Shown: positions 24,832 through 36,476 of the stretch, in pieces
Layout of the letters: each line of letters opens with the position of its first letter
How positions within the stretch are numbered: position 1 is the stretch's first letter
Sequence record: OQ718158.1
DNA: 64,000 bases
Strand: one strand, 5' to 3'
Program-made: the position numbers and the translations under genes
Notes under the pieces: model-generated
Seen by the model: the letters and a program-made list of their open reading frames with translations, nothing else
Databases searched by the model: none
Told to the model about the DNA's origin: nothing

Positions 24832-27800
24832 ATGTTTTTAAAAAATACTTATGAATTAATTAAAATGCTTCAAAATATGAATTTCGGTGGTCTATTCCCG
24901 TATCACTCTGAGGATAAAACTCATCGTTTAGTTTTGAAATTGGATGAAACTGGGCGTATTGCATCACTAAGAACGGCTGTTCCAAATATGGATCAAGTAA
25001 TTATGCCAACAACTCCAAATTCAGGAACTGCTGTTAATACACCACAAACATATAACTCAAACTACCAACACCCACAGATGTATACGATTAGTACTCCATC
25101 TATTACAAGAGTTGCTTGTATTGTTACTATAAAAGTATCAAAAGACTATCGTGATTTAATATCAGTTGAATGGTCAGAACTAACATCAGCATTTGCAAAC
25201 AATGGGCTTGTTGTAACAAATGCTGGTATAGCAGTCAATGCAAAAGAAGGACAACAGATAATGAGTGCGTTGTATCTTAGCAATGGTTATGTTATCATTA
25301 ATGGGAAGTTGTATTGTAACACCGAACCAGAAGCACTCACTGAAGATTTGATTAGTGAAAAAGAATATAGTCTTCTTGAAATTATGAATTTAAAAAAGGT
25401 ATATGAAAACTGTGATTAGATTTGATCAAGACGATTTGCCATTTATCCAAGAACTAGAAGAACTAGTTACGGTAACGATGCAAGAAATTAGTTCATGGGA
25501 TATAACAGTTTTTAGGAACGTATATGATAAAATCACAAACTTTAAAACTGTTAATATTGAGGTAAAACACAATAACTTTTACTTAACAAAAGAATTCATT
25601 CTAAAAAGACCAGGAACGATCCAACCGAAACGTAATTTGTCTTTTGCTCAAGTTCTCGGTTCTAAGACAAGGGATGATGATGATTTGAATGAATCAATAT
25701 ATTCGTATATTAAAGAGCGTTCCCCTGATGTTAAGAAGAGATATTACCTTTGTGTTACATTTGATGAACAAGGAAAACTAAATTCGTATTCCATAAATTC
25801 ATCATCACACGTTCCATTACATTCAACGTCAATTGGTGATAAACAATTACTAATCGATTCATCAACCTGGCACAATAGGGAAAGTTTCTCCACTGAAACT
25901 TTTCAGTACTCGGTATCTGAACCAAAGTCTCCATTTGATTTTGTGTTTGTTAATAACATCCTTTTACGTTTTGGTGTAGGAGTCTAATTATGCTAATTTA
26001 TTTGAGTGTTCTTGTTATTTCATTACTGGTATCATTAGCAGTACTGAAAGTTGTTGCCATCGGTCGTAGTAAAATGGATAGTACTGAAACCAGTTCTGTG
26101 TTGGACCTAATTATGGATCATCCAAAGATCTGTACTGGTATTGTTGTGTTTGTTCTTCTTATAGGAACATTCATTGTACGTACACATTTATACAATATGT
26201 ATGACTGTAGTGTTCGTTCAATTTCCCAGGGTGTTGAAACCGACTATAGCTGGTACTATGAGAAATGCCGATTCAAAAACCAGCATGGTATTTGGGTTGA
26301 TTTTGATAAACTACGTGGTACACCATCAGGCGAAGAAGAGTAATTATGTTTGAATTTCCTGAAGAGTCATTTAACTATATTGACCCTACTGATGACGGAT
26401 ACAGACATATTAATATCTATAGTAAAGCTAAGACTAAGTTAGGTAGGGATCTATCTAACTTTTCGTCACATAGTTTTACCTTAGAACTATACGGTTGGTT
26501 CCCATCGGTAGAAACTTTTTATTTTTGGTTTTTAACAGGCCAGAAACATGATGATCTTAGAAAAGTGTCGGGTGCTGCTGCAAAAGCAGCGGCGAACAAG
26601 TATATGCACGACCGTATTGAAATGACACCCGAATGCATTTCTTGTATCCAGGATGCAATATGTGCTAAGATATTTCAAAACCCAGAACTTGCTGAACGAT
26701 TGAGGAAAAGTAAGTTACCCTTCTATCATTACTATGTTTATGGTGGGAAGGTGGTTGATGTATCTGATGAACATGACTGGTTTGTTAAAACATTCGAAGA
26801 TATAAGAATTGTTTTGAAGGAGAACCACAATGAGTAAATGTTGGGTATGTTGTAAGCAATTCGATGAAGATTATATTATTTCTTTGGATGTATTACCACA
26901 ACAATACATGATATCTTCAGGGAAATATAAACTAGATACAGTTCCAACACCTAAGTATATGGGGATTTGTCCATTGTGTAATGGGAATGGTGTATCGAAT
27001 GAAGTTGTTGCATTCACAAATACACAAACTACTGATTGTGTCGCCGAATATATAAGAAAGAATCTGGCTTTTTTCACTAGGAGATTATATGAACGAGAGA
27101 ATCTTTAATTCATATGATATGGAAGATTTACTAATACCATCTGATAACAGTACTGTTAAAATGCAAATGTATTGGTTAGTAAAAGATGGCAAGGTATTCC
27201 AGCACAAAGTTACAAAAGTATGGCAATGTAATAAAAACAAATCTATAGTTGATGCACTCGCAACTGCATTTCCTGGGGTAGAGGTTGTATTTTTACCATT
27301 TGCCTACATTAAGGAAATAAAATGAAAAAAACATGGACAATATTCGTAATACCTACTATAATGTTGTTATTGTCACTTACGGTCCCACAAGGGCATGTTG
27401 TGGCACTGAATGTAGTAGAAATTATTCTTCTTGTAATTCACTGCATTGTATGTTACTATTATGTAAAATCGGATGATAAAAAAATATGAAGTACTATCGA
27501 ATTCGAGTTGGTGTAAGCTCTGGTTTTAGTAATTGGGTATATTATGATTTACCTGATAGCTATACAGTAGAAGATGTAATTGACTTATATTATGAAGAAG
27601 AGTCATGGGTATCCAGTACTGAAACGCACAGTGTTGTGTGTGAAGAACTGAGTGCAGAAGATTACAAGCACTGTACCCAAGCAATGAAGTATTACAGTAA
27701 AGATGTGAAGATGTTATCTGAAAACGTTTTTCCTGTAAAAGAATGGGCAATTTTGCTTGCAAATCCTAACAAACCTGTTAGAATAGGTTATCCAAACAAT

Positions 27801-28431
27801 CATATGGTTTATCGAATGAATGATAAACGTGAGCTAAGTTATCAGTATGATTACAGTGCTTCTAAGTTTGGAGTTCTAAAACAATTTATGAAGGCTTATC
27901 CAGTATGAGCAAAGACAGCAAAGAATTTATAGTACGTTGTAGTTGTGGCGATAATACGGAACATTGTGTTCACATTTCACAATTTGACTTGACACAAGAA
28001 CATGGAGATGATAAACTTGGTCAATGTCTGGTGAGTATGCGTTTGAATCCTTTCTTAAAATGGTACAAACGTGTATGGGTTGCATTGAAGTATATTTTCG
28101 GCGTAAACGACTTTCAATACAAAGAAGCAATGATTGATGTTGACATTCTGAAAGAAGTTGTGTTACAATTAGAAGATACCCGCTCTGATGAGGTAAAGAA
28201 AGAAGAAAGAGATAAACGTAGTGATGTGAAGGTTTTATGAGTACTGAACTTTATGAAAAAAAGTACTGTACAAATTGTTCAACCGAGTATACAATACAGG
28301 GTATGTTGATTTGTACAATATGCCAATCAAAACAGTCTGCCACTTTTATCGTTGATGATAGATTTGGTGATTTAAAACAGTTTAAAGCAAACCGTAATCT
28401 TCGTAACTTTAGCAATCTATATAAGGAATAA
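24832..28431 (+). other. Run of small hypothetical CDSs (24832-25419, 25403-25987, 25990-26343, 26830-27108, 27089-27325, 27486-27908, 27905-28240, 28237-28431)
   Basis: Co-oriented, mostly overlapping or coupled ORFs; no recognised domains. Confidence 0.65.
26346..26837 (+). CDS. NADAR-like phage protein
   Basis: DGYRHINIYSKAKTKLGRDLSNF...FPSVETFYFW...AKIFQNPELAERL. Confidence 0.5.
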   Translation: MFEFPEESFNYIDPTDDGYRHINIYSKAKTKLGRDLSNFSSHSFTLELYGWFPSVETFYFWFLTGQKHDDLRKVSGAAAKAAANKYMHDRIEMTPECISCIQDAICAKIFQNPELAERLRKSKLPFYHYYVYGGKVVDVSDEHDWFVKTFEDIRIVLKENHNE

Positions 28432-28434
28432 CAC

Positions 28435-28863
28435 ATGAATATCGAACAAACTATCCGTAACCACTCTTTCTTCGCTGCTGAAACTGGTCGTGTAATCGAG
28501 AGCGTCAAAATTGAAGAACTGATGATTAACGTTAAATATAAAGAACTGAATGATGAGATTAGCAGCACCATTTGTGCACTACGTGCTCCATTCCGTTCTG
28601 AAGCAGCTAAGAAACCTGCCTATGTACTGGCGATTGCATTGGGTTGTGTAGTGAAATTGGTCGTTGATGAAAATCAACTAAATATCAAAGTTGCTCCAAC
28701 CAACGATGAAGAAAACATCGACCTGAACTTTGAAGGTAATCTGGCTGAAGACGTATTCTTCCAACAATCACTGGTTTATGATTTCCGTACCGTAACTCAT
28801 GACCATATCAACTTTGTCAATGAGATGGTTGACATTGTAGCTGAATACGAAGCTTCCCTATAA
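28435..28863 (+). CDS. EExxFQxSTVxD paralog family member 1
   Basis: AEDVFFQQSLVYDF. Confidence 0.7.
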   Translation: MNIEQTIRNHSFFAAETGRVIESVKIEELMINVKYKELNDEISSTICALRAPFRSEAAKKPAYVLAIALGCVVKLVVDENQLNIKVAPTNDEENIDLNFEGNLAEDVFFQQSLVYDFRTVTHDHINFVNEMVDIVAEYEASL

Positions 28864-28873
28864 TTAGATTAAC

Positions 28874-28899
28874 AAAAGCCTCCGTAATGGGGGCTTTTT
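28874..28899 (+). terminator. Rho-independent terminator
   Basis: AAAAGCCTCC-GTAAT-GGGGGCTTTT. Confidence 0.8.
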
Positions 28900-28919
28900 C
28901 CAACATAAGGATATGTATA

Positions 28920-29471
28920 ATGATTGACCAAATTAAAATCCTAACTGAACAAATCACTGATTTTCTAGCAGATAAAGATGGATTCAGTACTGAAGTTAAA
29001 ATGCATGGTGTTAGTCTCGATGTAACTGCACCAAATGGCGAAACAACCAATTATGATATGTATGAAATCCTACTTTATACATTGGCTGTTCGTAAACTTG
29101 GTAGTGATATTGAACTAAACATTAACAAAACCGAGAACGGTGACCAAGTGTTTGCAATCAACACTGGTGCACAAATGGACGTAGTAGCTGAAATCAACAA
29201 GATCAACCAATCTTTTGTGGGTTTCAAGCATGATACAATCCAATCTGTGTTCCTGGGTAAACAAACCGGAAACAGCCACTGTCCTTATTGTGTAATGACA
29301 ACCTATAAGAATGGTAACTGGATGCGTCAGGATCTAGTACTTGCTGAAATGCTTTATGCAATCACACACGGCCTAGAACTTGAACTTGATGATAGCGTGT
29401 ACTGTTTCAAGAAAATCCGTAAACTTTCTGGTGATATACAAGCTCAATTAAAAGAATTAAATGATAAATAA
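28920..29471 (+). CDS. Hypothetical protein
   Basis: AAGGA RBS before ATG 28920; host-like codon use. Confidence 0.7.
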   Translation: MIDQIKILTEQITDFLADKDGFSTEVKMHGVSLDVTAPNGETTNYDMYEILLYTLAVRKLGSDIELNINKTENGDQVFAINTGAQMDVVAEINKINQSFVGFKHDTIQSVFLGKQTGNSHCPYCVMTTYKNGNWMRQDLVLAEMLYAITHGLELELDDSVYCFKKIRKLSGDIQAQLKELNDK

Positions 29472-29479
29472 TTATACCA

Positions 29480-29605
29480 GTAATGGTTAACATTATCATG
29501 TTACTTTCCTCCCTTACATAATAATGATGCGTTATTATTTTATTGTATTATTCCCCTTTTTGTACAAAATCTTTTTCGTACTGCCCCGACCTTCGGGGCA
29601 TTTTT
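29480..29605 (+). ncRNA. Candidate sRNA with anti-Shine-Dalgarno-like C-rich tracts ending in a terminator
   Basis: ORF-free gap; hairpins AACAT/ATGTT and ATAATAA/TTATTAT; TTCCTCCCTT and TTCCCCTTT; GCCCCGA-CCT-TCGGGGC-T5. Confidence 0.4.
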
Positions 29606-29627
29606 CTTGTCTAAATTTTGAGGTTCT

Positions 29628-30023
29628 ATGAATAATACTATTGGTAGTACAATATCTAAACCACTCTCTTATTACCTTGAAAAATTCAGAAGTACAAATG
29701 GTAAAAAATTTAATGGTATATACCAATTCTCACATAAAGAATATATTACAGTTGATTGTTATTCAAATAAACTTATGTACGTAGATGATACTGAATACTG
29801 TATGAAATTGTCATTGGATGTAGAATTAGATAAGTTAACATTTATTGAATATACATCCAAAAGAACATCATTTCTTGGGAAATGTAATCGAAAAGTATAT
29901 AAAAATATTTCAATGTACTTAAATGAAGATTACCACTTCCAACAAACAACGATTGAAGATGTTCTATTCAGTACTGAAGAATTGAAAGAACTATATTATT
30001 GGTATAAGAAATTTACAACTTGA
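29628..30023 (+). CDS. EExxFQxSTVxD paralog family member 2
   Basis: NEDYHFQQTTIEDV. Confidence 0.7.
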   Translation: MNNTIGSTISKPLSYYLEKFRSTNGKKFNGIYQFSHKEYITVDCYSNKLMYVDDTEYCMKLSLDVELDKLTFIEYTSKRTSFLGKCNRKVYKNISMYLNEDYHFQQTTIEDVLFSTEELKELYYWYKKFTT

Positions 30024-30048
30024 CATTATCGTGGATTTATCCTACACT
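30020..30048 (+). promoter_or_regulatory. Sigma70-type promoter
   Basis: TTGACA-N17-TACACT. Confidence 0.7.
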
Positions 30049-30078
30049 GTAAGATAATGATGAATAGAGGATAAATTT

Positions 30079-30489
30079 ATGAGTTTAGATTTACACAATG
30101 AACTAAAATATTATTTCGATTTGGATATATCACATTTGAACCAACACGTCAATTATATGACTAGTACTATTTGGTGGTCTGATGAGTTTGATGAACCAAA
30201 AATCCAACTTTGTGGTGATTTGTCCGTTTTGAGGTTGTATGCCCTTGATTCGGAAATGAATATCAAGATCACATACATACCATACACAAACAAACTTATT
30301 GTAAACACCCTAAACCCAGTTACAGTATTGAAAATTTCTGATTTGGACACGATACAGTCAGATGAATCACTATTCCAACGTTCTTTGATTGATGATATGG
30401 GTGGTATTTTATATGAAGATATTGTACAATTGAAGAAGATGTATAGTGAATTGTTAGAAATTAAAAACACAGTAATTGTGGGGAGTTGA
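30079..30489 (+). CDS. EExxFQxSTVxD paralog family member 3
   Basis: SDESLFQRSLIDDM. Confidence 0.7.
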   Translation: MSLDLHNELKYYFDLDISHLNQHVNYMTSTIWWSDEFDEPKIQLCGDLSVLRLYALDSEMNIKITYIPYTNKLIVNTLNPVTVLKISDLDTIQSDESLFQRSLIDDMGGILYEDIVQLKKMYSELLEIKNTVIVGS

Positions 30490-30490
30490 T

Positions 30491-30895
30491 ATGGTAAGTT
30501 TACTTGATATTGATAATACCAGTCTAGTACTGGCAAAAAAAGGTGTAATTCCCAATTCTACAAAAATTGATTATGCAGTTATTGAAACAAATATTGGAAA
30601 TATCTGGTATGACTCCGAAAGGGATATTGTGATTAGCTGCGTAGACAGTGACCGTGCTGAGTGTTGTAGGGTTGGTCATGACGGGCAATTTATTTTCGAA
30701 TTCCGTTACTGGAAAGATGCTAAATTCCATCATGAGCATGTTTCAATTACAGGTGTGTATTGCACCGAAGAATCGTTCTTCATGGATAGTACTGTTAATG
30801 ATTTTGGTTCAGTTACATTTGAGTACTATAAAAAAGTATACAACGTATCCAGAGAAGTAATGCGAATCATCAGAAATGCTGAGGGCCAAGATTAA
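30491..30895 (+). CDS. EExxFQxSTVxD paralog family member 4
   Basis: TEESFFMDSTVNDF. Confidence 0.7.
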   Translation: MVSLLDIDNTSLVLAKKGVIPNSTKIDYAVIETNIGNIWYDSERDIVISCVDSDRAECCRVGHDGQFIFEFRYWKDAKFHHEHVSITGVYCTEESFFMDSTVNDFGSVTFEYYKKVYNVSREVMRIIRNAEGQD

Positions 30896-30896
30896 C

Positions 30897-31271
30897 ATGA
30901 CTACTATATATGACATTCTAGGTGACTTGAATAAAAATATAGATAATGATTTTGTTATTGTTGGAACTACACAAAATATAATCCATCTTCCATTGGGTAC
31001 ACCAGATAGGTTAATTTTTAATATATACGGAAAAACACTGACATACCTACACAATGGTATGGTTATATTGGTACTTGATATTAAAGAAAATACAATACGA
31101 TATGCATATGACTTCAACGATTATTGGTCAAGAACCCATAGTATTGATATTGAGGAAGATGAACTATTTCAATTGTCGTTAATCGAGAAAAATGTAATAG
31201 GAGTTACCGAAATTGGCATTGTTAAAAAAGCATTAGAATATGTAAATAGCAAATTAAATGGTGAGCTATGA
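30897..31271 (+). CDS. EExxFQxSTVxD paralog family member 5
   Basis: EEDELFQLSLIEKN. Confidence 0.65.
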   Translation: MTTIYDILGDLNKNIDNDFVIVGTTQNIIHLPLGTPDRLIFNIYGKTLTYLHNGMVILVLDIKENTIRYAYDFNDYWSRTHSIDIEEDELFQLSLIEKNVIGVTEIGIVKKALEYVNSKLNGEL

Positions 31272-31723
31272 TGAAAATTGATGAAATAAAAAATCATTTT
31301 GAAATTGCATTGTCTTGTAAATTTGATGGCTCTTATGTTCCTGATCCAGAAGAGATAATTAGAATTTCCACATCGTTTTCGGAAGAGTACAATGTTCTTA
31401 TTGAGAAAACATATGACAGTACTGAACTCGCATTTTACAATAAGAATTCACGAACAACAACATTTATATTATTATATAACACAACATCGGATATAATAGA
31501 AATTATAACATGTAAAACAAGCAAAGATATACATTATGAGACTATCTCAAATGTGAGTTATTGCTCAACTGAAGAAGGATACTTTCAGGAATCTCTTATT
31601 AAAAATTTAACAGTTAGTTATTCTGATTTAAGCACTATAATCAATTGTGTTGAAAAGCTAAATGATTTCGTTCTATCTATGTTTGATATCACAGAGCAAA
31701 ACCCGAAGGTAATCAAATGCTAA
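31268..31723 (+). CDS. EExxFQxSTVxD paralog family member 6
   Basis: TEEGYFQESLIKNL. Confidence 0.7.
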   Translation: MMKIDEIKNHFEIALSCKFDGSYVPDPEEIIRISTSFSEEYNVLIEKTYDSTELAFYNKNSRTTTFILLYNTTSDIIEIITCKTSKDIHYETISNVSYCSTEEGYFQESLIKNLTVSYSDLSTIINCVEKLNDFVLSMFDITEQNPKVIKC

Positions 31724-32172
31724 ATCCAGGACAGTTTTTTCATTTACTTGGTATTACACCTATACCGGATTTAATCAGTGAAGCGAATCAATATCGTGAT
31801 ATAGGAATTGTATCTATGGAATACGATTCACCTGACTTTAAATGTTACGTAACATATGATTTGGTAGCCTATGAGTCAGAAACTGAGATAAAAAAACCAT
31901 CATACATTTTTGTGTTCATATATAATGATTATAGTGGTGATCTACTCAATGATGTTCATATTGACACATTTGAAATATGTGATAATATTATAACAGATGA
32001 TTCATCATGTACATTTGATTTATCAGAAAACAGTACTGAAGAGGCACTTTTTCAGTTGAGTACTGTTAGTGACACTGTACTAACTCTTGATGACATTGAG
32101 AAATTTAAAGAACAGCTTGACGCAGTACGTGAGATGTTCTATAATCATTATCCAGAAATCGAGTTCAATTAA
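31717..32172 (+). CDS. EExxFQxSTVxD paralog family member 7
   Basis: TEEALFQLSTVSDT. Confidence 0.7.
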   Translation: MLNPGQFFHLLGITPIPDLISEANQYRDIGIVSMEYDSPDFKCYVTYDLVAYESETEIKKPSYIFVFIYNDYSGDLLNDVHIDTFEICDNIITDDSSCTFDLSENSTEEALFQLSTVSDTVLTLDDIEKFKEQLDAVREMFYNHYPEIEFN

Positions 32173-32186
32173 CTAAAGGTATCAAA

Positions 32187-32777
32187 ATGACTAAAGTAGT
32201 TCGTAAACGCCACATGATGAACATGGATGAATTTCGCACCTTTGACAAATACCGTACTATGTTTCGTATGCTGTCACAGGGCCGTCCAATCGTCATTGTA
32301 ACGGAGAATTACATGTCACCTGAGATGATGTTCGGTAATTATGAAAAGGTCTTCATGTTGTACGTGAAGCGTGAATTGCTAACGATTAAGACCTTAGCTG
32401 AAGCTACAGATGAAGATATGGATGGTGATAATACATTTACCATGTGAGGAAATATATGGCAGAAAAACCAAAAGAACCATTGGACCGTGATGATGATTTT
32501 TACGACGAACGATATGGGGAATCAGATGAGTGAACATCGTGCAGTACTTAAAAAGATTTTAAATGAACTTGGTGATGAGTTTAATGTTACTGAAGAAGAA
32601 TATCAATGTTGGAAGAAGGATTTTGAACTCCTTGCTGAGTATGATAAAGTCTTCAATATGATTGGTGTCATTAGCCAGTACTTACTTGGTGGTGGTCGAG
32701 CCAGTGCTTCAATTCTTGCATCTGCGATCATCTGTACTTCTCGATGGTGCGATGAAAAAAGTCTGGAAGATTTCTAA
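32187..32777 (+). other. Two small hypothetical CDSs (32187-32447 and about 32455/32487-32777)
   Basis: ORF track plus RBS motifs. Confidence 0.55.
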
Positions 32778-32829
32778 ATAAGATGCTATAATGTATTATA
32801 GTACCTTAACAATATAAAAAGGATTTTAT

Positions 32830-33690
32830 ATGAAACCTATCAGAGTACTGTCACTTTTTAATGGAATGAGCGTTGGATATATGGCATTGGCAGATGCAGG
32901 TATTCCAGTTGAAAAATATTACTCATCTGAAATTGACAAGTACGCAATTGCTGAATCTTCCGAGAATTTTCCTGATATTATCCAGTTAGGTGATGTGACT
33001 AAGTGGAAAGAATGGGATATTGAGTGGGATAAGATAGATTTACTCATGGGAGGATTCCCATGTCAAGCCTGGTCTGTTGCTGGTAAGCAAGGTGGCTTGA
33101 ATGATATACGTGGACAGTTATTTTTGGTTATGGTTGACATTTTTGAGCACATCAAAAGTGTAAATCCAAACTTGCAATTTCTGTTCGAGAATGTTAAAAT
33201 GAAGGAAGATTTCAAAGAATACATTAATAGTATTTTAGGAATCACACCAGTACTGATAAATTCCCAGCATTATACGCCTCACTTCAGGCAGAGATACTAC
33301 TGGTGCAGTACTGATAAGCTTTTTATACCACCTGCATTATCAAATGCCCCTAAACTTCAAGATATCATTGAAGATGGTTGGTACACTGACAGAACCGCTT
33401 CGTACTGTATAGATGCTAACTATTTTAAGGGTGGTGATTGTAACCAGTACTTTAATAAATCAAGACGACAGTTGGTGTTTCGTGACCCAACGATTAATCG
33501 TCAATATCTATTGGAGAATGGTAAAAGAAATATTGACTATAGACACTTAAGTGTAGTAGAATGTTGTAAATTACAGGGTATTCCTGTAGATTTCTTTAAA
33601 GTGTCTAGTAAGACACAAGCATACAAAATGCTTGGAAATGGATGGACTATGCCAGTTATATCACACTTACTAAGAGAGATATTCTTTTGA
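32830..33690 (+). CDS. DNA (cytosine-5)-methyltransferase, orphan
   Basis: Motif I VLSLFNG, motif IV GGFPCQ, motif VI FENV, motif VIII RQRYY, motif X YKMLGNGW. Confidence 0.9.
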   Translation: MKPIRVLSLFNGMSVGYMALADAGIPVEKYYSSEIDKYAIAESSENFPDIIQLGDVTKWKEWDIEWDKIDLLMGGFPCQAWSVAGKQGGLNDIRGQLFLVMVDIFEHIKSVNPNLQFLFENVKMKEDFKEYINSILGITPVLINSQHYTPHFRQRYYWCSTDKLFIPPALSNAPKLQDIIEDGWYTDRTASYCIDANYFKGGDCNQYFNKSRRQLVFRDPTINRQYLLENGKRNIDYRHLSVVECCKLQGIPVDFFKVSSKTQAYKMLGNGWTMPVISHLLREIFF

Positions 33691-33692
33691 AC

Positions 33693-34172
33693 ATGAAGAA
33701 CTACCCCACCTATACTGAACGTGTAATGAAATTTCAACGTCAGTCATCAAAGGAAGAATTAGAATTTAATTTGTACTATCCTAATATTGGTGATGAGGTA
33801 TTCTATTGTTCTCATACAAAGAATGGAACTTTACTTAAATCTGGTAAAGGTATTATTGTTGATATGATTAGCACTTTCAAAGGTAAACTTAATGTAATGT
33901 ACAAAGTACAAGATTCAAGTACTGAGTGCATTCATGAAGTGATGCATAATATACCTGCATATCCAAAGGATTTTGTTGAGCTAATATCTCGAAGGGAGAA
34001 ACCTATGTTTTATTGTGGTTATGACAAACTAACCAAACAAATTATTCCTAATACTATGGGAAAATTTAAAAGTGATGTTAAAACTGAACTTAATAAGAAA
34101 TTAGGTTCATCATGGGAAACTGAAAACGAATTCATCGAAATTCGTTTGATTGAAGTTACTATACTCGATTAA
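33693..34172 (+). CDS. Hypothetical protein
   Basis: ORF from ATG 33693. Confidence 0.65.
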   Translation: MKNYPTYTERVMKFQRQSSKEELEFNLYYPNIGDEVFYCSHTKNGTLLKSGKGIIVDMISTFKGKLNVMYKVQDSSTECIHEVMHNIPAYPKDFVELISRREKPMFYCGYDKLTKQIIPNTMGKFKSDVKTELNKKLGSSWETENEFIEIRLIEVTILD

Positions 34173-34178
34173 TTACAG

Positions 34179-34201
34179 ATCCACGCTATGCGTGGATTTT
34201 T
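34179..34201 (+). terminator. Rho-independent terminator
   Basis: ATCCACGC-TAT-GCGTGGAT-TTTT. Confidence 0.8.
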
Positions 34202-34216
34202 CATAGGTGCATATAT

Positions 34217-34729
34217 ATGACAGTTCCTTATGTTAAAATTATTAATAATATCCTTGATTCGTGGGAAGATGTTATTACTGGTAAAAAGAAACCAATGCCA
34301 GTATACGCACTAACCGGAAGACTACAATTCAGAATGTCAAACCAAACTGAAACTTTTAATAATCATGATGTTCACATTACTATAACACCTGTACGTATTG
34401 TAATTAAAAAAAATCAAGATGATGAATTGACATTATCTATTGGTAGTGATAAAATCATTTTAAGTAATTTATCCGAAGAAGAATTCTTTCAACGTAGTAC
34501 TATCATCGATATGAAAGATTTCACATATGAATCATTGGTTGAAGTCAATGCACGTTTCAACGATATTCAGGAACGATTGCGACCAATCCTCCGCAAAGAA
34601 GAAGAAGCATGGAATGAAAGTGTGAGAAAAATGCAAGAAATGTTGAAAGAAAATATTAACAATCTGGGTAAAGCTACAATGGAATTTGGTAAATCTTTTA
34701 AACTGAACTTTTCAAAGGATCGTAAATGA
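34217..34729 (+). CDS. EExxFQxSTVxD paralog family member 8, with C-terminal coiled extension
   Basis: SEEEFFQRSTIIDM. Confidence 0.7.
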   Translation: MTVPYVKIINNILDSWEDVITGKKKPMPVYALTGRLQFRMSNQTETFNNHDVHITITPVRIVIKKNQDDELTLSIGSDKIILSNLSEEEFFQRSTIIDMKDFTYESLVEVNARFNDIQERLRPILRKEEEAWNESVRKMQEMLKENINNLGKATMEFGKSFKLNFSKDRK

Positions 34730-35181
34730 AAATTGATAATTTGATTCATGTCTTAGGGACTTTACATAAAATATTATTACATCTTAACGAGATGAATAAA
34801 CTAGGTTATAATGTCCATAATGTATTTGAACCTACATTTAAATATAACTCAATCACTGGAGATGGTAATTACATAATCGAATATACATATGAAACCGATC
34901 CAGACTTCTATCCTCTTACGTTGCGAATTTATCCAACAAGTCCGATAGGCATTCACGATATATCATCAATTTCACTTGATCCAGATGGTGAAACGAGTAT
35001 TGAATACAATAATGATTCAAAACCAGAATTTTACATTGATGATATTAAAAAGTTGTTCAATGATGAATATGTTTTCCAACAAAGTACTGTGCATGATGTT
35101 GGTAGTACTAATGGGCAATTTTGGAATACATGTTATTATCATATGATTGAAATTTGTAAATTACTAAAAGGTGTTGAATAA
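34726..35181 (+). CDS. EExxFQxSTVxD paralog family member 9
   Basis: NDEYVFQQSTVHDV. Confidence 0.7.
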   Translation: MKIDNLIHVLGTLHKILLHLNEMNKLGYNVHNVFEPTFKYNSITGDGNYIIEYTYETDPDFYPLTLRIYPTSPIGIHDISSISLDPDGETSIEYNNDSKPEFYIDDIKKLFNDEYVFQQSTVHDVGSTNGQFWNTCYYHMIEICKLLKGVE

Positions 35182-35564
35182 TGAAATACTGCATTGAAGT
35201 ACATTACACTACAGGTGATACTGAAAATTGTTATGACGTTCTTAATACAATTGATATTCAATGGTCTTCTAAAGAGGAAGCAGTTGCTGCTTTACAGTGC
35301 CTAAAAGAGCATTGGGTGTTTTATATGAAGCAAGATAATTGCTATACAAAAGAACACGAAACCATCGTCGAAAATGCTAAACAAAAAGAGTGGTTTGACC
35401 CAATATCACCAGCATATTCATTCTTGGTTAAAGTTGGTGATGTGACAGTTCCATTACGAACACCGTGGAACGGCTACTTTGAAACTCTTCATAATGCACG
35501 AGTTGTCGCTGTTGATAACCCTGAACAAATCGATTTCGATTCATTGGACTGGAAAAAACTATGA
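35181..35564 (+). CDS. Hypothetical protein
   Basis: 127 aa coupled ORF. Confidence 0.65.
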   Translation: MKYCIEVHYTTGDTENCYDVLNTIDIQWSSKEEAVAALQCLKEHWVFYMKQDNCYTKEHETIVENAKQKEWFDPISPAYSFLVKVGDVTVPLRTPWNGYFETLHNARVVAVDNPEQIDFDSLDWKKL

Positions 35565-36004
35565 CAGTACTGCACCGATTGAAGAAGGTTAAGCATCCAG
35601 TTGTATATGAGGACTGGAAACGACAGAAGTTGCTGGGTGATTTTTATTACCCAAAATCTAAAGTTCTTGCGAATTCAAGATGTACATATTGCACACATAA
35701 TCATAAAGATACAGTATTTGTTGAAATGGGTTTCCATCCATCAAACACAATGTTCACTACTAACCAAACGTTTTACAAATTTCATATACAAAAAGATTCA
35801 TTTACTGTTATGATTATAAAACATTTAGTTGAAGATCTGGCATTCAGTGAAGAACGAGTACCTTTATCATTAGTGGATATTCCTTATAATAATTTAGAGG
35901 AAATGTACTTCCAACAGTTGACAGTACAAGAAAACTTTGGTATGATAGGACTTCAAGAGTTAGAGATGATTAAGCAAATTCGTGATATCTACTTTAAGGA
36001 GTAA
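35561..36004 (+). CDS. EExxFQxSTVxD paralog family member 10
   Basis: LEEMYFQQLTVQEN. Confidence 0.65.
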   Translation: MTVLHRLKKVKHPVVYEDWKRQKLLGDFYYPKSKVLANSRCTYCTHNHKDTVFVEMGFHPSNTMFTTNQTFYKFHIQKDSFTVMIIKHLVEDLAFSEERVPLSLVDIPYNNLEEMYFQQLTVQENFGMIGLQELEMIKQIRDIYFKE

Positions 36005-36476
36005 CTATGCCAGTACGTAACAGTACTTCACGCTTTACGCTTCAACAGAAAGCAGATCTTTTGAATATGGCAAACAAAGATTCTAATTTTCACTATCTAG
36101 TACTCGGTGGTTCAGTTGAAAAGATTGACCTACGTGAGTGTATGAAATAACAAAAAGGGGACTAAAATGAGTCTACGTGAATCATGGGAACAATTTAAAG
36201 AAGAGATTGGTTATCGTGGTGTCAAAATCGAACCAATCAATCGCACCGAAAGCATCAAAGCTAGTACTAATGGCACTACCTATGATCGTTATGATGAAAA
36301 GTATGGTTTACATTCTAAACCAAAGGATACTGAGTAATGGTGTATACTAATATTTTTACTGGTATTATGCGTAAGTTTGTTAATGGTATTGGATATGTAT
36401 CCAATGACAACGGTAGTACATGGGTAAAAAATAATACGTCAGAATCTTTAGTGAAAAGTCTTCCGTATTATAAAGC

